64,000 nucleotides of DNA from Dimorphilus gyrociliatus (taxonomy: Eukaryota; Animalia; Annelida), in contig CAJFCJ010000001.1 of the NCBI GenBank assembly GCA_904063045.1, positions 2,852,001 through 2,916,000 on the forward strand. The letters are read 5' to 3'. The position numbers and the translations under genes were made by a program. Positions 38,566-49,882 of the stretch are shown here, piece by piece (the stretch's first letter is position 1; every line of letters begins with the position of its first letter). Below the pieces are notes generated by a model, which saw nothing but the letters and a program-made list of their open reading frames with translations, was not told where the DNA came from and did not search any database.

Positions 38566-41326
38566 TTAAGCATAAACTATTTCGTTCGGCAACAAAACTT
38601 GAATAATATCCGTAAGAGCGTTCTGACTGGTATTATTTATCAAAGAACTGTTCCAAACTTCTGTAAATGAGTCTCTTAAACTTAGAAATCTATTAGCCAG
38701 ATCAGTCTTAGTAGTAGCTGTTAAATTACTAACTCCAACATTAACAACTGAACAACCAGTTCCACTAGATGGCTTTCTTCCGGCCGATATTAACGATCTA
38801 CATAAACGACAGGCGGCCAATACAGAGTCGTGAGATATTTGCGCTTGTTGTAATATCAGTTCTTGCTTGTAGCAATGAAGTTGGCAAGTTTGCAAATTAG
38901 ATTCGGATGCTCGTAGTTTCTTGAATGATTTCTTTAAAAGGCATACAAAATAAAAGTTAATAAATGGTCGGTTGTAGTATAAAAACATATACAAACGTTT
39001 AAAAGTTCAACTGGAATTTTATCAATATCAATTTCATCTGGATGTATCATTAGTTCGAATAGTATGCTTCCTTTATCGTTTGGTAGATTCGAATCACCGT
39101 GCACAGCTTTATCAATAAGGGATTCAGCTTCCGATATTTCAACAAGCACTTGAGCAAATTTACCATTCACGTCCTCAAAAACATATTGATTTAGTATAAA
39201 TGGTAGATTTGCTTTCAATAAATCCAAATCAACATCGGCATTCCACGAAAGGCCGGCAGATAATACGAATCCAGGCCAACTGAACACATTTGGCGTTAAT
39301 AATTTTTGCCCTGACCAATGACATACTATTGAACCAAGTGCTCCATTTGAATATCCTGCTTTTACACTTTCATGTATATTCGTTGCAGCTGCATCCACAT
39401 TGGCTGTACAACTATTCCAAGCAGCTGTTCCATTAAGAATATAAAAAGCTACACCGCTTCTTAGATAGGAATCACATAGATCTCCAAATGGATATTCCGT
39501 ATTAAAACCGTATTCTGCTAATGCAGTATTTGGTGGCAGTTGTTGTAAAATTTCTAATCCACTATCTCTTAGCACGTACGCGCAAATAGACAAAATTTGA
39601 TTTTCTCCAACTGATACATAAGATCTAGCCTCGTCCATGCAAAGTACATCATTTTCAATACGAACTATTAATGTAGTTAAACGTGGCCCGATATGCACAA
39701 TATTACTTCCACTACAAACCGATACAAATGATGAAAATGACGTTTGCAAATTTGTAAGATTTTCAAACGTAACTGATGAATCAACGTCTAAAACTGGTAC
39801 AAGTGTCATAAAATTCCTATAACATTCGCTATTTAATTCCGTTAATTCTCTGTTTAATAAAACAACGATATTAATTATGGTATTTATTAATTAATTCTAT
39901 AATACTAACTGTTTTGTATATGGAAGTTGCCATGTTTCCCTATCATTCTCCCTATTTTGAAATCGGAAATATAAAAGTAAACGATTGACTTTCATAAATG
40001 CCAGTATTTTAATGTTACATAATAGAATATCTAATCTAGGAGCCTCTTTTGTTATATCAACAAGTACACCGCGTTCGTTTAATGATGGAAAATCGTGAAT
40101 TTGTAAGCAAGGTAAATTATCATTCTGATAAATCATTAATAGTTGAGTGAATGTTGTTAGACAATAAAATAGTCCAGTCAAGTCCGATGAACATAATCGA
40201 ATTGAATTTGTAAATATTGATAATCGATAACTGCTTGCTTGACTAAATAATTTGTCGTTTACTTCGCAAATAACACCAATATTGCTGGAATTTTTTAAAT
40301 AGCCAATTTCTAATTGAATATTTATACCTAAATTTTGAATATCAGGTATTAAATCATTCCATAACTGAATTATTTCATTTGTTTTATCACTATTCGGTGA
40401 TATATGGACAACTAATTGTGATCCTAATTTTATAAATTCATCCTGATGTAGTAGCATTCTTGGTAAAGGCCATAACAAACTAAGTTTCTTATGGGAAAGT
40501 GGATCAAAATTTTCATCTACTTCTAATCCATTTTTTACAATTACCGATGAACAATCGGATGCATCAGTCCCATTGTCAGTAAGTAATGATAATAGGGATA
40601 CATCTTCGGCAAGTTTCTTTACAGCGGCAGAGGAATGAGGTCCACTTTTTGGTAGAGCTTCTAAATTAGCTCCGGCTTTTAAAAGACATTGAAGAATTTC
40701 GGCATCTTTCCTTTGAACAGCTTCAAAAAGAGGTGTTCTTCCCTCTATACTACAAGCATTTACATCCGCCCCGTTTTCACACAGTAAATTAATAACATCA
40801 GCATTTCCCCATGTGGAAGCCCAATGGAGGGGCGTATTCTGAGTTGCCTCTCCATCTGAGCAGTTGACATCGACACCGGCTTTTAATAGTTGTTGAACTC
40901 TGTCAGCAGACGATTGTGCACAATAATTAAACAACTCTTGGCAGTATATTTTCTTTATTTCCTCATCGGCGATGTCAAAAGACGTTTCGCCATTTGAATT
41001 TTTCAAACTTGGATCAGAACCACAAAAGAGCAAAGCTCTTACTGTATCGGTGTGCTTAAGGCTAGTGGCCAAATGCAATAAAGTCCCGGCAGATGAACAA
41101 TTAGAATTTAATATATCTTTTAGATTGCTTTCTGTGGATTTTTCTGAAAAAACATTTCATTAGTTTTCTATAAAATACTCCTGTACACGTGTAACTTTGT
41201 CGTTAACTTTCTTGTATTGTGATAACAATATTTACCATTAAGAAGAGCTGATGTAATTGATCTAACGATATCTGTTCGATTTTGTTTTACGGCAGATAGA
41301 AGGTTTTCTACAACGTTTTCAACCAT
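38566..41326 (-). CDS. Ankyrin-repeat protein fused to a degenerate glycoside hydrolase family 20 (hexosaminidase-like) domain
   Basis: Ankyrin repeats (TLLHLAT, NTPLHWASTWGN, RTPLFEAV); GH20 N-domain SYRLSI...GLFYCLTTFTQLL; DFPSLNERGVLVD; later GTAAWNS, GALGSIVCHW, AGLSWN. No signal peptide. Confidence 0.85.
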
Positions 41327-42071
41327 TTTTATCTCTATGAGCGATAATTGGAGAGAGAAAAAGAATTACACAATAAAATATTCATTAAATTTATTCACTC
41401 TATTTTAAACTTGGATTAAATATTTGAACTAAGACGTTACTTGTATAGTTAATACGCTTTTTTGAGTTTCTTACGAAACTATGGTGACCTTGACCTTATG
41501 TGTAATTTTTAAGGAGAATAAGAAAAAGGGTATAGTAACAGAATCAAACTCCTGAAATGTGTAACAAAAACTCTCTAATAGTTGACAGATATATAAAAGA
41601 AAATAACCATAACTTTAAGATTTGATTAAATGGCCAATTAATTTCATTTATTCTTTTATTATTAAAAATATTTCAAATATAAACATTACAAGTGTAACTA
41701 TTAAAACTAAACGATAACTAACTTAGCCATCAAGTTTAAAGAAAACAAAATAAACTATATACAATTTTTCATTAATTATTTAAATAAATTGAATAATTTA
41801 TAGGAATTTATTAAAATTAAGCGTGAATATTATTTCCCTTGTTTTTAGCAACACAATTATTGGACAGGTCTTTCCATATCTACAGTTTCAAAAGAAGTTA
41901 ATAAAGCTTATTTTTATATTATTCAATTGGTGGTATAAATATTTTTCTCTCTTTCTCTCTCTTTCTTGGTCTTTCTTTCTCTCTACATCTATCTCTATCT
42001 CTGTCTCTCTTTAAGAGAAAAAGAAAATTTTATTGTTTATGGACTAAATTTAAGCATTTGCTTCTTTTTAT

Positions 42072-45000
42072 TCAGCTTAACGTATGTTTAATAAAGGCCA
42101 TTCCGTGTTTTCTCAAATGCTTAGCCAACACATCTTTATCATCAAACTCCTCTTGACATTCTCTGCAAGATAGAGTTTCTTCTTTCTTCACTGACATACA
42201 CTTTTCACTCTCATTACTATCAATTAGACTAGAGATCATTTGTGGAATTTCCTCTTTTGACGTAGATTTTAGATCAATACTATCTCCAATATCATGAACA
42301 ATAAATACATGTCGCTTTAAACCCGCCACTCCAACGAAATTTAAGCCACAATAAGTACATTGAACAACATGATCAATTGTTTGAACAGCATGCTTCCTTA
42401 TATGAATAATAAAATCCTCTGAATTTTTCGTTTCAAATGAGCATCTTGCGCAAATTCTTTTACCTTTTGAAAAAGATAAAAGTCGAACATCATTTGCTGA
42501 TAAACTGGTTGACAAATCTTCTTTGCCATTCTCGATAAAATCCGCCAATTCCTCCTTTGTTAAATTTTTATCATGAAAAGTTAATAAATGTTGGCGAAGT
42601 TTGTCCTTTTTGGCAAATGTTTTAGATTTTCCGCAAATATTACAAATTAATTGAGTTATTTGTTGGCGAACTCTTCCCAAATGTTCAAATGATAAATGTT
42701 CATCCAAATAGTTTCTATTAGAAAATGATGAATTACATAAATGACAAATTGCTGGATAATTTTTATTGTGACATGTAGATTCGTGTTCTCCAAGTTCTCT
42801 CCAACTTAAATATTTTTCGCCACATTCAAAACATATTTTCTTACCGATTTTTTCCATGCTTGCTGTAGCCTGGGAGGAAAATAGCATTGTGTTAAAGACG
42901 CGAAATCCGTGATAATTTATAAGTTACGATTTTTATAAATAACTTTAAATTGCCACTATCGTTCGTTATATTAAATATATATTTTGTTTTATCTTTTTGG
43001 TTAAATACTTACAGGTTTATTGGTCTTTTTCTCCATTGGCTTTACTTTTAAAATCGGTTGATACGGTTGAATATCTTGAGATATTCCATCATGCTTCTCT
43101 TTCATATGAATTTTATAAGCATCATTTGTACGGAAAGCAATTAAGCAGAAATCGCATTGTTCGTGAGTAAACTCTTTTACCTTTGGATAGGTGAAAGCTT
43201 TTTCATCTTTATTTTTAGGACAAGTTGCCACGTGCTCTTTTAAGCATTTCTCATTCTGCTCAACGTAATTTGATCCGCATACTGGGCACATAAAGAGACA
43301 AAGTTGAAAATCATGTGTCTGCTTCAGATGATGACGAAAATCTTCATAGCTAAGAAAACCCTTAGGGCAAATATAGCAGGAATAAAATACAACTAAATTT
43401 TGCTTAGCATGAGTTGCCATATGCATTGTATAGGAATGACGCTGAACAAATAACTTCTTAGGACAGAAGATACAGGAATAAGCTTTAGTAGTAGATTCAA
43501 TATTCATATCTTTATGATCCTTATGGTGATTTGTCATATGCTCTGCAAATCTACTTCCGACAGGAGTTTCACCGTGAACTTTTATTGCAACCGGGCACAA
43601 TGGACATTTCCGCAAAAGGCTGTCATGATTGAAAGATAGATGATCTATATAATGAGAAAAATCGTCAAACAATGATCCACAATCTGTTAAGAGAAAAAAA
43701 AAACAATTTATAAAAACAACTTCAGTTCCAAAATTAGAAAAAACTGTACCTGGAAAATGACAAATAAATTTCATTCTTCTAGAATTGTGATGGCACGTGA
43801 GATAGTAATGTTTTGTTAATATTTCCAAATCTCGAACAATGAGACCGCATTCTGGGCAGGAAGAATATGAAGAGACATTGTCATCAATTTCCTTCTTTTC
43901 CCTTTTTCCCACGTATTGGCAGGTGTTCATATGAGCTATTAGTGCACACTTTGATCCAAACAATTGTTGACAATGGGGACACTAAAATAACAAATGAGCC
44001 ACACGTTACAAAAATGTAATAACAACTTTTAACTTTTAATGTCGTTAACTCCTCTAACAATTATAAGATTATTACCTGACTCCTTGCCTGCTCTTCTGGT
44101 TCACCTCTAAGATGGCTTTTCAAATCATCAACAGTTGCACTACAGTACAGACATTTTCCTCTAATTGATGGTTTATCCGTATTAGAGAAATAAGATATAT
44201 CTAATTTGTTGTCTTGGGAAGAAATACCACTATCTAAATGCCATTTGACTGACATTTGTAAAATTCCAGATTTCCAGTCAGTATGATGGCCCTTTAAATG
44301 AGACAATATTGAACAAACATTATGAACAATTAACATTTTGTCACAACGATGACAGATTAATCCTAATTCGAAAGAATGCTTTTCATGCTGATTTAAAGCT
44401 GATTCGTTGGTGAATCTAAAAGTACACTTTCGACAAGGTTTTGATGCTGATAAGCTACCATCGTTTTCTGGCTTTTCTCCAATTTTTTCCATATAATTAT
44501 GAAATAAAGATGTAAAATGTTCCATGTCTTTTTTTCTACTAGACTTGGGTAAATATAAACTTTCTGGTGCTACTTTACAAGGACTCTTTTTCTCCGAATC
44601 AGTCGATGCTTTCTCTAATCTTGGAGCAAGTTTTGGTTGACCTCCAGCTGCTGTTGTTGGTATTAGTAATAATTGTCTTCTCTAAAAGTTTAAGGAAATA
44701 CGTTAAATCCTGCCAAAAAACATAAATTAAAACAATTTACTGACTTGATTTGGAACATTTGTTGGACCAGGAACTAAAAGGAATTGATTTTGTACGGGAA
44801 CTTGGTTTCCAGGAAGCCTAAGCAGAGACATTCCGCTGGTGGGTAAACGATTGGGCGACTGTCCAGGTTGTTGAACTATTAAATAGGTTCCTTTATTTTG
44901 GTTGTTTAATGAATTAACTACCGAAATATTCTGGGTTTGAGGTAAAATTTGAGATACGCCACCAGATTTGGTTTTTGACTGTTCAACTCTAGCTATTTTT

Positions 45001-45257
45001 AATTTGTCAATCTTTAGTTGTTTATCTGAAGGAATCTCTGACCAATCAACATCTTCACCCTCTTGACCACTCTGATCAAAGTCCGCGGACTCGCTATCAG
45101 CCTTCCTCTTAAGAGATTTGAAAGAATCATTAGACTCATCCTCAAGAATTTCTATCCGATCATCAATAGAAGATTGACTTGAAGAGGATGAAGTTGGAAT
45201 GCTATCCAAATCGCTGCACGAATTATCGGATTCATCTTTTTTCTCATCTTCTTCCAT
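42072..45257 (-). CDS. Multi-C2H2 zinc-finger protein (ZNF532/592/687-like architecture)
   Basis: Acidic N-terminus from ATG 45257, Q/P-rich linker, more than 10 CxxC...HxxxH fingers in ORFs 44061-44525, 43001-43963 and 42072-42887; apparent 5'UTR intron about 45280-45859. Confidence 0.85.
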
Positions 45258-45918
45258 GTTTAAGACCACTCAATCTGTGAAGATTAAAATAGAAGATTCT
45301 TGTTTGAACTCTCGTAATAGATTGATATCAAGTCTATTTGAAATTATAAAATCAGCAGTTAAGCGATAATTCCAAGTTTTAAAAAGTATAACGCTAGACT
45401 TTGTCTAGAATATCGATCAATTCTTAAATTTTTTATAACAATTTTCTATTATAAGATATTAACTATATAAAAGTGTTTAGTTACCATTGGTTACAAGAGA
45501 TAATTAAGTATTCATTTAATGAATTGCATACCAAATCGGATGCTTTACAAATCCTTTTCAGTCTATGTAAACAATTGGTTTGTAGTATATATTGCAATGG
45601 AGATGACACTACCAGTAGTTTATCGATTTCCGTCAATAATAATAAAAGTGAATTTTTTACGGTATCTTAGTATTTCACATTTGTATACATTGATGCTAAC
45701 AGTAATTTTCTCAGAGTCGCATCCACTGGTAGGCCGATGAGAATATTTACTTTCAATTTCTATCGAAAAAATTCTTAAAATCAAATTTATCGATATTTTA
45801 GATAATAGAATATTCTATATTCAATTATTTATGTACAAATTGAATATCTGGTAAAATACCGCTTTTAGTTCCAGCAGAAGCAGCGTAGAACTTCGAGAAA
45901 AAACGTTGTTTTAGGATG

Positions 45919-46075
45919 ATCACGTGATTTCGGTCTTTAGTATCCCAGAATTCTGGGAAACTTTAGCCAATCATCATAGCCAGCGATTCCTGAATAGTCC
46001 CAAAGTTGTTGACGATTGGATGTTTCAGCAGCTCTACGCATGCGCTCTTCCTGAATTTTACTCCATTAGGATTGG
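45919..46075. promoter_or_regulatory. Bidirectional promoter: palindromic E-box ATCACGTGAT (45919-28), three CCAAT boxes (45967, 46015, 46071), NRF1-like ACGCATGCGC (46036-45)
   Basis: Dense motif cluster in a GC-richer island between the minus-strand zinc-finger 5'UTR exon and the plus-strand snoRNA host. Confidence 0.7.
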
Positions 46076-46243
46076 TTTCGACAATTCAAATCTCCAACAT
46101 GGGTGGAAGCCAAAAAGTGTCAGCAGGTGTACAGAATTTAGCGTTTCACCTTCGGAGAAGTCTAATATACAACCTCATATCGTGATGATGAAGCTTATGA
46201 TGGTGAGAATACTCATGTTATATACTTCAGTAAATACTTATAG

Positions 46244-46315
46244 TTAACATGATGAACTTTGTCAGTATAATTTAATGATTTAGTGATTATTAGACTAATC
46301 TTCTCTCTGACTCGC
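46244..46315 (+). ncRNA. SNORD7: Box C/D snoRNA, SNORD7/mgU6-47-like (predicted U6 Am47)
   Basis: C box ATGATGA 46249-55, D' ATGA, C' GTGATTA 46283-89, guide CTAATCTTCTCT 46295-306 perfectly complementary to U6 AGAGAAGAUUAG (nt 43-54, human numbering), D box CTGA 46307-10. The fifth-nucleotide rule gives A47. Confidence 0.88.
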
Positions 46316-46471
46316 AAAGTTTTGATGTTACTTTCACTGACTTTTAATGAAACTCATAGATTTTTTTATTGTTTGCTAGGACTTGCCCAAGGGAACAGGC
46401 TGATCTCTATCATTTTGTTACATATCCTACGGTAAATATTCAATATATGAAACAAACAAATGTGACATTAG

Positions 46472-46585
46472 CAAATATGATGAAAGTGCAGGGGTCCTGA
46501 AAGCAGTACAGATGTGACTGCAAGTTCAGGAATGATTTTGATATTTGCGTGTGGTGAATATCAATTAATTCCTAAGCTGAAAAGC
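46472..46585 (+). ncRNA. SNORD94: Box C/D snoRNA, SNORD94/U94-like (predicted U6 Cm62)
   Basis: C box ATGATGA 46477-83, guide GTGCAGGGGTC 46486-96 pairs U6 G58-C68 with two G-U pairs, D' CTGA 46497-500 (fifth nt = C62), internal hairpins, D box CTGA 46577-80. Confidence 0.82.
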
Positions 46586-48532
46586 AGAATCTGATAAAAC
46601 AGTCCATATAACAACAAATCCTACATTTGCCTTCTCCGCCTGTAATGAGTTTATTTTCAGGGAAAGTGAAATGACAACGACTGATCCGCCATTTTAATAG
46701 AATTCGAAAGAAGTTAATGTGCTCTTTTCGTTCCTTCTATTGAGAAGACTAACTTCTAAGAAGTAAATAATTTGAATATATAGTAAAATAGAATTAACTG
46801 ATACGATTTTCTTTCGTATAAGGAAAGACAGCAGAGCAGGGACAGCAAAATTGAAACACGTGGGAACGATAAAACACCATTATATGGCATAATAGTCCTT
46901 TTGATGGCGCAAAATCCCTAAATACTGATCATAGATATACAATTGCCGTAGAAACTTAATTAGAGGAAAACATGAAGAAGAATAGTGGTGCAAGCAGATT
47001 ACTGAAGATTCTATAAGCTTATACCAAAGTGGAAATGGCGGCAACCAAAATTACTCTAGAATAGAAAAACTAAGTAAAGAAATAGATATTCGGTAAATAA
47101 CAATATCTTACGAATAGACCAGACAATTTTCTGGGCCATCCTTAAAGAAAACAATGAAAAACATGCACCAATAGGTTATGGAGGAGCAATAATTTGAGGA
47201 TGTATGATACTCTTCTGCGCATTTCCCGAATTAAAAAGCTACTATATCAGAGAGTAGCAAACTGTATATCTCTCCTTGAAAAAGCGTTATTGAATGCCCC
47301 TTGTCATAAGGCACACTTAATACTCTACCTTGACGAGCTTACTCCCATTGAGAAGACCTGAAATATTTAAAAAATTTGCAATATGACGTTCTACATTTCA
47401 CGAAAAAATGATTTTGTGGATAAGAGAAATAAGTAACTCTTAGCAAATGTACTACTCAAAGCAAAGGACTGAATTTTGTTAATATAATAGCTTAAAATAA
47501 ATTAAAAATGCACTGATTGTCCTTTAAAGTAGCCCTTAGAAAAAAAGATAACGTATGAAACAGTTCTGCGAACATTGTATGTATATACGTTGACTAATGC
47601 TATTATCATAACTGCTATTCTTTTTATTAAAATAAATGGGGCGATAATTTCCCCAAAATTAACTTGGCATTGAAGTCAATCTAGCAATCATTTCTATTTA
47701 AATCTATTTATTGTATAGACGGAACGTAAAACATTTCGAAGTAGAAAACTAGAAAGTCACAGGAAGCAAACCGGGTGTGAAATCTAGTCTACATGAACTC
47801 TCAATTGACCTTCAATATAATAATATATAAAGGAAAAAATCAGGTCATGTACATGTCTTCAATGTCTTTTCAAAACAAGAAATACAGTATAATAGACCAG
47901 ATTCTAAAAAATGTGAAATTTGGTTCTATAAGAAAATCTATCAGTGTGTATTCGTGTAAAATAAAAACTTTGAACCGCTATATAGTATTAGGCCTAGGTG
48001 TAAATATATATTTATTTATTGGTAAATTAAATTGCACTCTGGCATATCAATGGGATACATTTGTTTTAATTTAAGTGCAAAATGTGTAGGAGTAATCTAT
48101 AGTACAAGTTTCATTAGCAAATTAGATAAAAAAAACCATATATCTTTTTAAACGCAATTTTAATATAATAATCCGATTCTATATTATCTTTCTCTTACTA
48201 ATAACTAAACAAATACGTTTAAAGATAAAAAGAATATTATGAACAGCAGCATTTTTCATTATTTTATCATTAAACTAATACAGTATACTTTATACATTTA
48301 AAAATTGATTACAATTTAAAAAAGAGAACAACATCTTGCATTCCTGCCTCCTTGCCATTTCATCCCCCCCCCCTTCCTCCCCCTTCTCCTTTTCACTTTT
48401 TTTTGTATTGTTTTGTGTTGAAAAGATGCTATTTCAGAAGAAACACAATAATTGTTAACAGTTAAAAGTTGTTATTACAAACTTTTCCAAGGTTAGAAAA
48501 CAGGCGCAGACGTGCATAGTGCTTAGAGTGGC

Positions 48533-48562
48533 TATAAAAAGGAGCTGTTTGTTCAGTTTAAG
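48533..48562 (+). promoter_or_regulatory. TATA box (TATAAAAA) with Inr-like TCAGTT/TAAGTT downstream
   Basis: About 100 nt upstream of ATG 48639. Confidence 0.6.
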
Positions 48563-48638
48563 TTAGAAAATCTGTTGAATAGAGACAAACTTTGGTAGTT
48601 TGTCGTTTTTTTGTTTTTTATAATATAAAAGCTTGAAG

Positions 48639-49331
48639 ATGAAATTAAGTATATTTATATTTATGCTTGTTTACCTTGTTCTGAGTAGCCAGGAAGGTGA
48701 CGCCGAGTTGTCACGTCATCATTTTGGTTCTAATCATGATGGCTATAATAATAATCGTGATAATGGTCATGATAATGAACGGCACCATCGTTTTGGAGAA
48801 GAGAAATGGGAGAGAAGATTTGCAGCTTCTGATGGCGATTTGGAAAGAAACCACTGGGAACCTGATCGAATGTATGCTAACCCACCCAGCCGTTTACTAT
48901 GGAAAAGAAGATGGAACAACAGTTCAGACGGACATTTATTTCATTCTAAGCATGTATACAGAAAATTATTCAAAGCAATTATAAGACGACCCGAAATTTT
49001 GGATTATTTGTTCAAGACTTTAAATATTTCCGATAGTGTAAATTCAACAGTTTCTTTCAATAACATGAGTCAAAATGGTACAAGACTGACCAACACCACG
49101 ACGAATAGCACAAGTGTGACTGATCAACCTCGTACGCAAAATATGTGGAAATCTTTCAAACTTCGTCGGAGGTTGCTTCATTCGCGAGATCATAAAGGTG
49201 GATGTGGACATTTAGGTAAAAAACATAGGAGACATCATTCCCGTAGAGCCTTCAAAAGACACCACTTGGAATCGAGAAGAGAACATATGAGACAACGCAA
49301 TATCAAGCGTCGTTTTGATATTCCTGTATAA
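48639..49331 (+). CDS. Intronless secreted His/Arg-rich orphan protein (230 aa)
   Basis: Signal peptide MKLSIFIFMLVYLVLSSQEGDA, many dibasic sites, cluster of N-x-S/T sequons, upstream TATA, AATAAA downstream. Confidence 0.8.
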   Translation: MKLSIFIFMLVYLVLSSQEGDAELSRHHFGSNHDGYNNNRDNGHDNERHHRFGEEKWERRFAASDGDLERNHWEPDRMYANPPSRLLWKRRWNNSSDGHLFHSKHVYRKLFKAIIRRPEILDYLFKTLNISDSVNSTVSFNNMSQNGTRLTNTTTNSTSVTDQPRTQNMWKSFKLRRRLLHSRDHKGGCGHLGKKHRRHHSRRAFKRHHLESRREHMRQRNIKRRFDIPV

Positions 49332-49882
49332 ATCAGATTGATTGTTATTTTAACTAATACAATTTTAAAATAATCATTGCAATAGAAGTTAAAAGATGTG
49401 ATATTATTTCTATATTTTTCTATTGCAGATTATTACTATTATTATTGATTATAATTAATACAATAAACTTTTCCTGCGCAAAAATTCTATGCTATTTGAC
49501 TATATTAAACAGTAGTATTATTTAGCTAGCTAATGATTGTTTGTCTTGTATGTACAGTTATTATATATCATATACCAAGTAATATTGTACTTTTGAAGAA
49601 ATACAGTAGATACAGCAAACTTACAAACTTAAAACAAAGATCCCTTGATTCTATATATTCTGCCTATATATTCAGTAAATATGAATATTAAAAATACCAC
49701 TTAGAGTGTTGTAGTATAACTGACAGGTTAAAATATTCATACGTTGCTTAGAAATAATTTCCAAAAAAATTCAAAATTTACCACTAGATGTCACTCAATT
49801 ATTTTACAAAATGTTTGCGGGACTAGCACAAGGTCAAGGTTGAGTTCAAGATCGTCGGACTTGGAATAAATATATTGTTAAA

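Larger units (their letters stand above)
46140..46950 (+). ncRNA. Spliced non-coding snoRNA host gene (ends approximate)
   Basis: Introns 46230-46379, 46432-46660, 46763-46822, all GTAAAT...AG. Spliced exons give only a 22-aa ORF (46185 to TGA 46401-03); exon 3 has stops in all frames. Introns 1 and 2 contain C/D snoRNAs. Confidence 0.7.

Noticed and set aside
45924-46247. 107-aa ORF as a protein-coding gene
   Set aside because: GTG start, overlaps a dense promoter motif cluster, runs into a snoRNA-bearing intron, and has no recognisable domain
46972-47005. Third C/D snoRNA (ATGAAGA...TGGTGCAAGCAGATTA-CTGA)
   Set aside because: No terminal D box, no flanking intron defined, and no target recognised; kept only as part of the unexplained-segment finding
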